From the NCBI GenBank assembly GCA_018829845.1, contig JAHJTO010000041.1, forward strand, positions 1-34,844: a stretch of DNA of 34,844 bases. The letters run 5' to 3'. This document shows positions 24,410 through 33,069 of this stretch, in pieces (positions within the stretch are counted from its first letter, which is position 1; each line of letters begins with the position of its first letter). The notes beneath the pieces were generated by a model. That model saw nothing but the letters and a program-made list of their open reading frames with translations, ran no database searches and had not been told where the DNA came from. The translations under genes and the position numbers were made by a program. This DNA comes from Nanobdellota archaeon (GTDB lineage: Archaea; Nanobdellota; Nanobdellia; Pacearchaeales; JAHJTO01).

Positions 24410-25191
24410 TTTTTCTCCTTCGCCTTGTTCAAAACATTTGATAATTTGCAGTATTCACTGTGGAAATTATCAAGCTCTTCCGAAGTCAGTTTGACTTCAT
24501 CTTTTTCATTAAGACGGCTTACTGTTTTATTCATCTTTTCCAGTATTGACAGAGCCTCAGCTTCGTCTTTCTTATCTGAAAATAATTCTTTAACCAATCC
24601 TTGCGCTTTTTCCACAAGGTTTTCGTATTTGGGCAACTGGCTCAGATAGTCAGAAAACTTCTTTTTGTCTTTCTGCATTACCAGATTCAATCCCTGGGTG
24701 TCTATATCTACGGGCAGGTAGAGCATCATGATTTCATTGGCTGTTTGAGAAGGATTCAAAACTTGGAATCCTTTTTTTGCCCAATATTCTCTTTGTTTAG
24801 GTTTATGAAAATTAGATTCGACATTCACATTTACCTTCTCGACATTCTGTCCATACTTTTTTGCAAGATAGTTTACCAGGGTGTTGGCAAAATTCTCTGC
24901 TATTTCCTTAGGGACTGGACCGAAGTCTCTGGAGTCTTTGTTGACTGTCAGGATATTGTCTTCCAAAATGAAGTAGCCCCCTCCAACCACTCTGCTCCTT
25001 GGAACCCTATTGGCATCTGCGATTTTCTTGTGGAATTCGTAGATATTCTTGTTCGCACAGTAAAATTCAAGCTGATTCGGCTTTTCAGTGGTGCAGACTA
25101 TGAATTTACTTTGTAATGTGGGCTCTCCAGTCATGTTTACGAGTATTCCTTCAAGATTATTGGTCTGTTTTTTGTTTTGTTCTATTTTCAT
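24406..25191 (-). CDS. Hypothetical protein (about 262 aa)
   Basis: Start moved to the Met (MKIEQNKKQ) just after the lipoprotein stop and preceded by GGGGG. No domain recognised. Confidence 0.5.
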   Translation of the reverse strand: MKIEQNKKQTNNLEGILVNMTGEPTLQSKFIVCTTEKPNQLEFYCANKNIYEFHKKIADANRVPRSRVVGGGYFILEDNILTVNKDSRDFGPVPKEIAENFANTLVNYLAKKYGQNVEKVNVNVESNFHKPKQREYWAKKGFQVLNPSQTANEIMMLYLPVDIDTQGLNLVMQKDKKKFSDYLSQLPKYENLVEKAQGLVKELFSDKKDEAEALSILEKMNKTVSRLNEKDEVKLTSEELDNFHSEYCKLSNVLNKAKEKK

Positions 25192-25192
25192 T

Positions 25193-25453
25193 TTATTTTC
25201 CCCCGTCGTATGGCTGCTCTTTTGTAAGGCCGCTATTCTCAGAATCAGTTCCTTCATTGAAGGAGTTTTGAAATGCCCTCAATTCTGGATCCTCCTGTAT
25301 TAATGTTGAAATTTCTGAGTCTGCTGGAGCATAGGCTATTTGCTTCTGCTGTGTCTTTTGTGTCTTCTGTTGAATTCCAGCACACCCCCCTAGAAAAATG
25401 GCTGCAGCTAGTGCAAGGCCATAAATTTTATTTGCTTTAGTTTTGTTTTTCAT
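25193..25453 (-). CDS. Small predicted lipoprotein
   Basis: MKNKTKANKIYGLALAAAIFLGGCAG is a signal peptide followed by the lipobox L-G-G-C. Confidence 0.6.
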   Translation of the reverse strand: MKNKTKANKIYGLALAAAIFLGGCAGIQQKTQKTQQKQIAYAPADSEISTLIQEDPELRAFQNSFNEGTDSENSGLTKEQPYDGGK

Positions 25454-26121
25454 TTTTCAACCTCCAAAGCTTCCTCTAGATAGGGAGTTACGAGAATTGG
25501 CTGCTCAAGCTTTTTGTTCAATTTTCCAAGAGATCTTAGAATCATTGATCCGTCTCTTGACATTATGGCTTCCAAAAAAGAATCATTTTGAAGCAAGGCC
25601 TTTACAGTTTTCGGATTTTTAGGAATGTCTAGAGAATATCCTGAATCTTGGGGAGAACTTCCAGTATATTTACTATTTCCTCCGTAGAATATGCTGTATC
25701 TCGCAACTAGAAGGCCAGATCCCTTTAATTCTTGAACATTATGTTCAGAAGGTTCATTGCATCCCGAAATATCAAGATCTGCGAATACCTTGCAGGGAAG
25801 AACGGTCTTCTCAAGAGTACTAAGCATTACCACATTTCCTTTCTTGGTATTTACTCTGTCTTGACCATGGAGGTTTTTAGGATCAAATCCATATTTCTTC
25901 TGCTGAATTTTAGCTGCTTCAAGAGGTTTCATTCCCTTGGGCATTTCTTCAGGAAATAGAGTATAGGCTTCCTCAAGGGTCTTCAGAGTATCTGTAAGAT
26001 AGGGCGTCGATATTGAGACAACGTATATCTTTTTTTCAGAAAATTTATTGGATATTTTAAAAAAGTTATTCCTATATTTCTTGAATTCATTCAACCCTTC
26101 ACATTCTTTACAGTCTTTCAT
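25450..26121 (-). CDS. Hypothetical protein (223 aa)
   Basis: ORF with 4-nt overlaps on both sides. Confidence 0.5.
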   Translation of the reverse strand: MKDCKECEGLNEFKKYRNNFFKISNKFSEKKIYVVSISTPYLTDTLKTLEEAYTLFPEEMPKGMKPLEAAKIQQKKYGFDPKNLHGQDRVNTKKGNVVMLSTLEKTVLPCKVFADLDISGCNEPSEHNVQELKGSGLLVARYSIFYGGNSKYTGSSPQDSGYSLDIPKNPKTVKALLQNDSFLEAIMSRDGSMILRSLGKLNKKLEQPILVTPYLEEALEVEK

Positions 26122-26615
26122 TTTTTGCTCTCCTTCTTGATGTCCTTTAGGATTTTCTCAAGAGTGTAATTTCCGCCGCATTCGCAGCTCATTATCTCAG
26201 CATTTTTGTTTCCAATCTCGCGGATCAATGCCTTCTTTTCGTAGGAATTGCATTTACACATGACATAGGTTATCTTTTCTGCGGGAATATCCTTTGTCAT
26301 TTCTATGGCCCCTTCAGCTCCATGGGCTCCTACGTATAGGTAGACATGATTAAGCTGCGGCAGAATTGGCTTTATTCCTTCCAAAAGATAGCTTAGCGTG
26401 CTTTTTCTGATTCTCTCTGCCATTGCAGAATTTTCGCTACCTGCCACGGCTCTTTCAGATCGATGGCCATTCTGCATAAGGAGCACTTTCTTTCCAGGAT
26501 AGTTCGTCCATCCGTTCTCATACTGCTGCGGATTACCTATGCAGTTGTATGTAATTATGGCTATCTGCTCCACTGCACGGTCTATTGACTTTTTGATTTG
26601 TTTTTTGTTTGTCAT
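26118..26615 (-). CDS. Hypothetical protein (165 aa)
   Basis: ORF with CAGGAG upstream; first gene after the promoter module. Contains CKC..CEC cysteines. Confidence 0.5.
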   Translation of the reverse strand: MTNKKQIKKSIDRAVEQIAIITYNCIGNPQQYENGWTNYPGKKVLLMQNGHRSERAVAGSENSAMAERIRKSTLSYLLEGIKPILPQLNHVYLYVGAHGAEGAIEMTKDIPAEKITYVMCKCNSYEKKALIREIGNKNAEIMSCECGGNYTLEKILKDIKKESKK

Positions 26616-26643
26616 TTTATTCTCCTGTAATATACATGTGTCT

Positions 26644-26687
26644 GGAAATTATATTCCCTCTTCATAGGGAATATATACTTCCCTATG
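26644..26687 (-). promoter_or_regulatory. Shared island promoter module (copy upstream of the 26615 operon), containing a 9-bp perfect inverted repeat around a TATA box
   Basis: CATAGGGAA-TATATAC-TTCCCTATG (26663-26687) plus GGGAATATAATTTCC on the sense strand. Homologous to 23988-24031 and 31849-31870. Confidence 0.55.
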
Positions 26688-27141
26688 CTGCCCCTCCTGA
26701 GTATGCAATGAATTGCAGAGCATGCTTTATCGGGCGATAGTCTTTTCTCAAAAGCCCGTACAGCTTTTCCTTTATTTCATCCAAAAGGGCAGGCTTGCTT
26801 TGATAATCAGCATTGAATACCTGCTCTCTTTCTTTTTTTACAACCCTTCCAGTTTTATCTCTCTGAGTTATACCGTAGTCACTGTGCCAAACCTGTCCAC
26901 TGTCATCAACAATGAAGTGAACCATGTTATTCCAAGGAAGATGATTCTTTCTTTCCACTATCACCTGGCAGGTTTTTGGGATTTTGTAGGCCGGATTTCC
27001 CCCGCATACTTTGTATGACACTACGATCTTGTCGTTTGGAGCCCCATCTATGCAAGCCTCCTTCAAGGTTGTCCAATGGGAATTTCCCAGATTGAACAAT
27101 TCCTTTATGGTTATTTTTTCGAGGTTTATTTTGTGTCCCAT
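26683..27141 (-). CDS. Hypothetical protein (152 aa)
   Basis: ORF only. Confidence 0.5.
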   Translation of the reverse strand: MGHKINLEKITIKELFNLGNSHWTTLKEACIDGAPNDKIVVSYKVCGGNPAYKIPKTCQVIVERKNHLPWNNMVHFIVDDSGQVWHSDYGITQRDKTGRVVKKEREQVFNADYQSKPALLDEIKEKLYGLLRKDYRPIKHALQFIAYSGGAA

Positions 27142-27214
27142 TTTGTTTTCCTTTAATCACTTTGAAGTGATGCCATAATACTGTATAGAATAGAAATATA
27201 TAAGGATTATTCAT

Positions 27215-27267
27215 AAGATATATATACACGTATAAGTATATAAGAAAGAAAGATTTATATATATCTT
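27215..27267. promoter_or_regulatory. 12-bp perfect inverted repeat in the divergent intergenic region. Candidate operator and/or paired TATA boxes.
   Basis: AAGATATATATA (27215-27226) and TATATATATCTT (27256-27267). A further TTATATAA lies about 25-30 nt upstream of the 27305 ATG. Confidence 0.4.
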
Positions 27268-27304
27268 AGAGCATTATATAAGTAATAAGCTACAATAGGA
27301 TAAA

Positions 27305-28246
27305 ATGAAACGGAAGATAATCAAGCTAGGAACGGCCACGCTCGTAGCGAGCCTTCCCGCGAAGTGGATAAGGGAGTTCGGATTGAAGCAGGGAGACTAT
27401 CTCGAAGTCAATGAGAAGAAGGGAGATCTTGTTCTGAGCACTGAGAAAGAAATGGCAAAGGACGAGACGACTATAGATATAACCAAGTTCAACACCAAAC
27501 TTGCCCTATACAGACTGGCAGGAGCATATGTAGCTGGCTACAATAAAATAGAGATATTACATGAGCAACATATCAAAGAGTACACTACTGGAAAAAATAG
27601 AAAGACTTCTGAGTTCATACAAAGCATGATTGGGAAATTCATAGGAATTGAGATAATAGAACAGTCTGAAAAAAAGACTGTGCTGAAAGATCTGAGTGGA
27701 GTCTCTGAGACTGATGCAGACAATATCCTAAGGAGAGCATTTCTGCTGACAAAATGGCTGGCTCCAGAATGCCTCGAGGCCATAAAGAAAAGAAACAAGG
27801 AGGATTTGGGGGAGATAGAAAATAAGGCTAGGAATGTTTACAAATTTCTTTATTTTTACAGAAGACTTCTTAATAAGAAAGGATACAAAGATTTCAGCAA
27901 AACGCCGATAATGTATCACAATACTTATTTAATAGGAGATATTGCAAGAATACTCCATTCATTGGCACATGAAACTGCAGAATTCAAGAAAGAATATTCA
28001 AAGTCTGCGCTGGATATATTCGCAAAGGTTGTTGTTTTGATAGATAAATTGGATAATCTATTTTTCGACTTTAGCAATGAAAAGGTGTTGCATATAATGA
28101 ATGAAAGAGAAGCAATAATCAAAAAAATAAAAGAGGATAGAAATAAATTCTCAAAGGAAGATGGATATCTTTATGCCAATATGGATTTCGTTGTAAAATC
28201 AGTATCGCATCTTGAAGAGGGAAGATTCCAGCTGGAGACTAATTAA
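27305..28246 (+). CDS. AbrB/SpoVT-domain plus PhoU-like regulator
   Basis: MKRKIIKLGTATLVASLPAKWIREFGLKQGDYLEVNEKKGDLVL is an AbrB swapped-hairpin domain. It is followed by a helical PhoU-like region, an architecture common in archaea. Confidence 0.75.
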   Translation: MKRKIIKLGTATLVASLPAKWIREFGLKQGDYLEVNEKKGDLVLSTEKEMAKDETTIDITKFNTKLALYRLAGAYVAGYNKIEILHEQHIKEYTTGKNRKTSEFIQSMIGKFIGIEIIEQSEKKTVLKDLSGVSETDADNILRRAFLLTKWLAPECLEAIKKRNKEDLGEIENKARNVYKFLYFYRRLLNKKGYKDFSKTPIMYHNTYLIGDIARILHSLAHETAEFKKEYSKSALDIFAKVVVLIDKLDNLFFDFSNEKVLHIMNEREAIIKKIKEDRNKFSKEDGYLYANMDFVVKSVSHLEEGRFQLETN

Positions 28247-28252
28247 TTTTAA

Positions 28253-29107
28253 CTATTTCTTTTCGAGAATTTGAGACAACCGGGTGAATTTCTTTATTTT
28301 TACGGCATAGTTCAACTTTTCAGAATCACTGGGTTCATAATTAAAGGCGATGACTTTTATTCCCAGATTATGGGCTCCATCATCTTCATCAACATCATGT
28401 CCTAGGAAAACGACATCTTCTTTTTTGAGATTATATTTCTTCAGAGCATGTTCGTAGAATCTGGGATCTGGCTTGCAGTATCCAAGATCCTTTGAGGTTA
28501 TAACATCCTTGATTCCAGTCTTGATGCCCATGCTTTCCATCCATTGCCTTGCATCTTCCCCAGTCCGATGGCCATCTGACAAAACTATGATATCTATCCC
28601 TTTTTTATGAAGCTCCTCCAGGGTTTCCAAAACTCCTTCAAAGGGAACATTTCTTATTTTCTTTTTTCTTTCCCCAAGCCAGCCCATATAACCTGGATAA
28701 TATGACGGAATCTTCAATTCCTTGAAAGTATCCTCGTAACTCATTTCCCTGGTGTATCCGGGTTTAACCATGGCCAGGTCTCTCTTGGCTGAATAAACTG
28801 CCCTGAAATGCTCAGGAGTTATAGAATACTTGAATGAATCATTGGAGAGATCATTCTCTGCACTGCTCTTGTATTCAAGCTTGCCTTTTGAAGGATAATC
28901 TAGCTTTCCGAGAGTTTTTTGTCTGTCTTCCGTGTCTAATATTGAATTTATGTCCTTTTTTCTCGCCATAAGTCCCTTTTCTTCAAGATATGATCTGAAT
29001 GCCCCCCTGAGATCTGAATCATCAAAGAGGATGTTGCCTGCGTCTGTGAGTATTGCCTTCACATATATCTTTGGCTGCTTATCGTGTTTATTATTCTGTT
29101 TCTCCAT
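28253..29107 (-). CDS. HAD-superfamily hydrolase-like protein
   Basis: KAILTDAGNILFDD (motif I-like), IIVLSDGHR, and FLGHDVDEDDGAHNLGIKVIAF (motif IV-like). Start set at the Met (MEKQNN) adjacent to the upstream stop. Confidence 0.6.
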   Translation of the reverse strand: MEKQNNKHDKQPKIYVKAILTDAGNILFDDSDLRGAFRSYLEEKGLMARKKDINSILDTEDRQKTLGKLDYPSKGKLEYKSSAENDLSNDSFKYSITPEHFRAVYSAKRDLAMVKPGYTREMSYEDTFKELKIPSYYPGYMGWLGERKKKIRNVPFEGVLETLEELHKKGIDIIVLSDGHRTGEDARQWMESMGIKTGIKDVITSKDLGYCKPDPRFYEHALKKYNLKKEDVVFLGHDVDEDDGAHNLGIKVIAFNYEPSDSEKLNYAVKIKKFTRLSQILEKK

Positions 29108-29108
29108 A

Positions 29109-29804
29109 TTATATCGTGTATTTCTCTCCGTTTTCATAGCTGAGTTCGAGCTTGATTTCTGGGATCATCGCCATCTCATCCCGATTTATGAGTTTGGTTA
29201 TCGCCTTTCCGGAGGGGATCGCGACTATGTTCACTAATTCTCTCTCTTCCCTTGGAGTCTTGTTCTTCTCTCCGAGCAGATTTTTTGTAAAATCGTTCAG
29301 CTGTCCATCAGGAAATCCCTGAGAAAGGCATGCGGTTGATGGCATGAGCACAGACCTGTTTGTCAAAAGAATGCATACCGTTTCAAGATCATGCAAGGAC
29401 ATCTTCGCAATATTCGGCTTATATGGTAGATTTAATTTTAAGGTATACAGGTTTATCAAAGAATCGTAAGCATTTCTAATCTGTGGCACTCCGTGATCTA
29501 ATTCCTTTTCGGCAATGCCCATTTTTTCAGCCTTCTCGAAATATTCTCTCAGATAGCCTTTTTCAAGCACTCCTCTGAACAAGGTTTCCTGATTTATCAT
29601 GTCCTCGATTCTCTCTTTTTGCAGTTTTTCCCTCAATCCTTCCATGAAACTTGCATTTAGGGATTCTCTTGCAACTTCCAACTCCTTGTAATCTGCCAAT
29701 CCAGATTCTTGCTCGGGAGAGATCCTTCCCCCTCTAAGAGACTCTGCTCCTTGGAATGCCGAATCTTCACTGTCCTCTGGGTTTTGATTTTCCATTTTTG
29801 ACAT
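29109..29804 (-). CDS. Hypothetical protein sharing an N-terminal motif with the upstream gene
   Basis: GAESLRGGRISPEQESGLADYKELEVARESL aligns with GAETLREKRIAAEKDSGLLDRRALDLAEDAL of ORF 29767-30678 (14 of 31 identical by hand). Confidence 0.5.
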   Translation of the reverse strand: MSKMENQNPEDSEDSAFQGAESLRGGRISPEQESGLADYKELEVARESLNASFMEGLREKLQKERIEDMINQETLFRGVLEKGYLREYFEKAEKMGIAEKELDHGVPQIRNAYDSLINLYTLKLNLPYKPNIAKMSLHDLETVCILLTNRSVLMPSTACLSQGFPDGQLNDFTKNLLGEKNKTPREERELVNIVAIPSGKAITKLINRDEMAMIPEIKLELSYENGEKYTI

Positions 29805-30678
29805 TTATTTTGGATGAGTATTGCACGCACGGAGGAAGTGATATGTCTACATATTCTTTCCCAAATTTAGTTTCGGCAGGATTTTTACCTTCAGGATTTG
29901 TCACGTAAATATTTCCAGAGTCAGCAACTGATTTCAGCTCTGTCAGGAATTCAGTAGTAGTCTTATAGATGTCCGAATAAAACGCTTTTATCGCTTTTTC
30001 ATGTCCCTTCAAAGGAAAACAGACCTTTGATGTCAGACCATTCACTCCGTCTTTCAATGCAAAAAGGTCATGATATTCTATAGATTTATTTTTTGCAGTG
30101 GTAAGAACCTTGTCGCTTAGGTTTGTGACTTTTGTGGAAATAATCTTCCCAGTAGAATCAGACAGAATTCTCACCAGGTAAGGCACTCTTGAAAAGCCCA
30201 TCATGCCTGTTGACTCATAATTCAATTTCAAATCGAAATCTATCTTTTGTGTTTTGACATCCAAGGATTTGCCATTTTCCAATAAAGCACCATCAACTTT
30301 GATGGAATAATCCTTCACTGGGGAGTGCTTTGAGTCGATAGAATCCTTAAGATCTCCCTCCAACTGAGTGTAATTTGCAAGATCACGGTTGCTTAAAGAG
30401 TTGTATTTCTTTATGACATTATTTCTTTGGAATATTGCTGTCAGGCACATTGCGAACATTCCAGCCGCAAGTCCCCTATTTACCCATTTCAGAATATTGT
30501 ATTTCTTGCTTATCTTGGCTTTTTCTTCCTGTTCTACTCTAAGAGCATCCTCTGCAAGGTCTAATGCTCTACGATCAAGAAGCCCAGAGTCCTTCTCAGC
30601 AGCAATTCTCTTCTCCCTCAAAGTCTCCGCTCCATCCATCGCGATTCTTTCAATCTCTGCTATGTCCCCGTTTTCCAT
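29767..30678 (-). CDS. Single-pass membrane protein: shared N-terminal motif, one TM helix, ~200-aa outside domain
   Basis: TM segment GLAAGMFAMCLTAIF. The N-terminal motif is paralogous to ORF 29109-29804. Confidence 0.5.
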   Translation of the reverse strand: MENGDIAEIERIAMDGAETLREKRIAAEKDSGLLDRRALDLAEDALRVEQEEKAKISKKYNILKWVNRGLAAGMFAMCLTAIFQRNNVIKKYNSLSNRDLANYTQLEGDLKDSIDSKHSPVKDYSIKVDGALLENGKSLDVKTQKIDFDLKLNYESTGMMGFSRVPYLVRILSDSTGKIISTKVTNLSDKVLTTAKNKSIEYHDLFALKDGVNGLTSKVCFPLKGHEKAIKAFYSDIYKTTTEFLTELKSVADSGNIYVTNPEGKNPAETKFGKEYVDISLPPCVQYSSKINVKNGKSKPRGQ

Positions 30679-30679
30679 T

Positions 30680-31837
30680 TTATTGTTTATAGGCCTCCTT
30701 GCAAGTCTTCAGGCCGAGAGAGGCAAATGCCTTCATGTTTTTCTGTCCATTGAGTATTGTATTTTGTGCCAGTTTAACATCAATTCCTGGCCTTCCTTTG
30801 CTGAGAATCCCTTGGTTAATCTCGACGTGCCTTCTCTCAATATCTGCATAGATCCCATACTGATGGGCTTTTGCCAAGGTGTAAATATGCTTGAATTCTT
30901 CCAGGGAACCTACAGGCATTTTATTCGCAGCCAGAGCATTGTAGAAGTTTTTCACAAGCTCTCCTTCTTTGTCTGCATTCTTTGGGTTGTCAAATCTCAA
31001 CCCCATGGCGATTCGGGTTATGTCTGTCTGGGGGGCTCCGAGCATTGCCCATTCCCAGTCTATGAGAGATACAATATCTTGTCCTTTCAAATGCATGTTT
31101 CCGAGGTGAAGGTCATTGTGTATCAGACCTTTGCCATAGTTATTCAATGATTTAGTATACTGAGTAAGGGATTCTACAACCCCTTGAACATAATCTTTTT
31201 CTGCCAATTCTGGGATCTTCCATTTAGAATGATCGCTAGCATAATTGTTTGTAGAGAGCAGCTTTATTTCGTCAGGACTTAGGCTGATGGAATGTATGTC
31301 AGATACAGTTTTTGTTATTTTATCCAAAATAAGCTTCATCTCAGCAGGATTGTTGGAGATCTTCTGAATATGATTTTCTACGGAGATCTCAGAGGGACTG
31401 AAAAGCTCATAGGCAATAACACGGCCGTTATTGAATATGCATTTAGGGGTGGCAGGATAACTCAGGCTTCCTCTAACTATCTCAGGCACATAGAGCTCCA
31501 CAGCGTGCTTGCTATCATCAAGGCTTCTTCTCTTTACAAAGCAGATTAGCGGAACGCTAGGCAATGATTCGAATGTCATTTTTGCAAATTTACATCTAGG
31601 GTGGTTCTTTGATATGTTTTCTCCATTTTCTTTGTCTTCTTCAACCTTATAATGGCCATTTCTTATGTCCTCCTTGAGGGGTCCGACTTGATCGTCAGAG
31701 ATTACCTTTTCCCGAAGCAGCCTTGAGATATCCATAGCTATTAAGGCAGCCTTGAAACCTGGGAAATCGGGACCAATGAATTCCTCGAGTGGAATGTCTA
31801 TGCCATATTCTCTTAATGTATTGTTTTTATTAACCAT
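30680..31837 (-). CDS. Aminoglycoside/choline-kinase-like phosphotransferase (APH family fold)
   Basis: Catalytic loop GLIHNDLHLGNMHL (HxDxxxxN) followed by SLIDWEWA (the D-W-E metal-binding motif typical of this family). Confidence 0.7.
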   Translation of the reverse strand: MVNKNNTLREYGIDIPLEEFIGPDFPGFKAALIAMDISRLLREKVISDDQVGPLKEDIRNGHYKVEEDKENGENISKNHPRCKFAKMTFESLPSVPLICFVKRRSLDDSKHAVELYVPEIVRGSLSYPATPKCIFNNGRVIAYELFSPSEISVENHIQKISNNPAEMKLILDKITKTVSDIHSISLSPDEIKLLSTNNYASDHSKWKIPELAEKDYVQGVVESLTQYTKSLNNYGKGLIHNDLHLGNMHLKGQDIVSLIDWEWAMLGAPQTDITRIAMGLRFDNPKNADKEGELVKNFYNALAANKMPVGSLEEFKHIYTLAKAHQYGIYADIERRHVEINQGILSKGRPGIDVKLAQNTILNGQKNMKAFASLGLKTCKEAYKQ

Positions 31838-31848
31838 TTTTCACTTGT

Positions 31849-31870
31849 TTCATAGGGAAGTATATACTCC
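31849..31870 (-). promoter_or_regulatory. Shared island promoter core (copy upstream of the kinase operon)
   Basis: Sense strand GGAGTATATACTTCCCTATGAA. TATATA is followed by 23 nt and then the ATG at 31837, compatible with a very short or absent leader. Confidence 0.5.
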
Positions 31871-32018
31871 TGACTGGAGCATAAACTAACCTGACATTCA
31901 TAGTATTTTCACACTTAAATACCTTTCGATTTGTAACTACTTTAGAGTAATATAATAGAATAAATCAAGAGAATAGGATATTTTGGCCAATAATGTTTAT
32001 ATATGATAATGAAGGGAA

Positions 32019-33056
32019 ATGGAAATGGCAAGACATTCCCCTGGATACTGGGCTGGAGAAAACATAGAGAAGGAATACTATAAAAAGAAAGAGGAAAAGG
32101 GAAGAATCCCCCGGGTAAGAGAATGGCTCATGGGAGTTCGTGCAATAAATAATGGAAAATATCTTGATGGAATAAATAATTACAAAGCATTTCTTAAACA
32201 TCTGAATGAAAGGACAGACTATCTTTGCATTGATCCGATATTCCCAAAAGAAGCATTCGAAGCGGCATATTGTGAATGTAAGGAGGAATTGGGCTGGGTG
32301 AAACCTTTGAGAAAAGAATTTGAGTACAGATATCCTGAAGTTATGAAAGAGATAAGGAGGGGAGGGTTTCTAAAGGAAGTGAGAAGTTACAAACAATTTA
32401 TCGAGCATATGGGTGAATCTGCAAATCATGCGCCAAATTATTGGACGGGCCATCCCCAAAGAATAAGAGAATCTTACTATGCGGATAAAAAAAAGTATGG
32501 ATTTGTTACACAAAAAGGGTTTGCAAAAAGGCATCCAGGAGAATGGGATGCAATATTTAGCAGGAGATATAATAAAAATATTCACAACTGGAACCAATTC
32601 AAGCATTCTTTGGGAGAAAGAGTTTGGAAAAGAGCACCAAATGGATCAATTACACTTGAGAGATGCACAAAAAAATATTATGAATGTAAAAAGAAGATCA
32701 AAAAGAAAGAGGGAAGAGCACCATTTTACAAAGAATTTGAAGGGATGTGTGGGGGATCAGCCAAATGGATAGAAAAAAATATTGGATGGAATAATTTTCT
32801 GAGATCACAGGGAGAAAAAATAAATAAGGAATGCAATAGGGATGATGAAAAACTAAAAAAAGGAAAAGATGTATGGACAAAAGAAGATTTCATAGACGCA
32901 TACACTTTTCTGGAGAGGGAAAGGGGGAGAAGACCCTCAAGGAATTATTTTATTAATTTTTATGGTCCAGAATCACTTAAACAGATTAAAAAGGGAAAAA
33001 TTGAGGGAATAAAAAACTGGAATGATCTGGAAAGAATTGTTAATGGAATGAATTAA
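32019..33056 (+). CDS. Protein built from about five tandem ~60-aa repeats resembling homing-endonuclease-associated repeats
   Basis: The repeat ends recur: ..NNYKAFLKHLNE, ..SYKQFIEHMGE, ..NWNQFKHSLGE, ..GWNNFLRSQGE, ..NWNDLERIVNG. Each is preceded by W/Y..E....Y....K...GR.P. Confidence 0.6.
   Translation: MEMARHSPGYWAGENIEKEYYKKKEEKGRIPRVREWLMGVRAINNGKYLDGINNYKAFLKHLNERTDYLCIDPIFPKEAFEAAYCECKEELGWVKPLRKEFEYRYPEVMKEIRRGGFLKEVRSYKQFIEHMGESANHAPNYWTGHPQRIRESYYADKKKYGFVTQKGFAKRHPGEWDAIFSRRYNKNIHNWNQFKHSLGERVWKRAPNGSITLERCTKKYYECKKKIKKKEGRAPFYKEFEGMCGGSAKWIEKNIGWNNFLRSQGEKINKECNRDDEKLKKGKDVWTKEDFIDAYTFLERERGRRPSRNYFINFYGPESLKQIKKGKIEGIKNWNDLERIVNGMN
32853..32926 (+). repeat. 74-nt tract identical to 34234-34307
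   Basis: CTAAAAAAAGGAAAAGATGTATGGACAAAAGAAGATTTCATAGACGCATACACTTTTCTGGAGAGGGAAAGGGG is present in both paralogs, while flanking sequence is clearly diverged. Confidence 0.85.
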
Positions 33057-33069
33057 ATGGAAATTTAGC

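Noticed and set aside
29767-29804. 38-nt overlap between ORFs 29767-30678 and 29109-29804 as a programmed frameshift or fusion site
   Set aside because: No slippery heptamer or downstream structure is evident. The downstream ORF has its own Met codons and repeats the N-terminal motif of the upstream protein, which fits two separate paralogs.
20049-31837. Island as a provirus/integrated plasmid, or as a Pgl/BREX-like defence system (kinase + phosphatase + methyltransferase-like)
   Set aside because: No integrase, att-like direct repeats, tRNA target, capsid/terminase, P-loop ATPase, PglZ-type phosphatase or nuclease could be recognised. The resemblance to Pgl logic is only at the level of generic enzyme classes.
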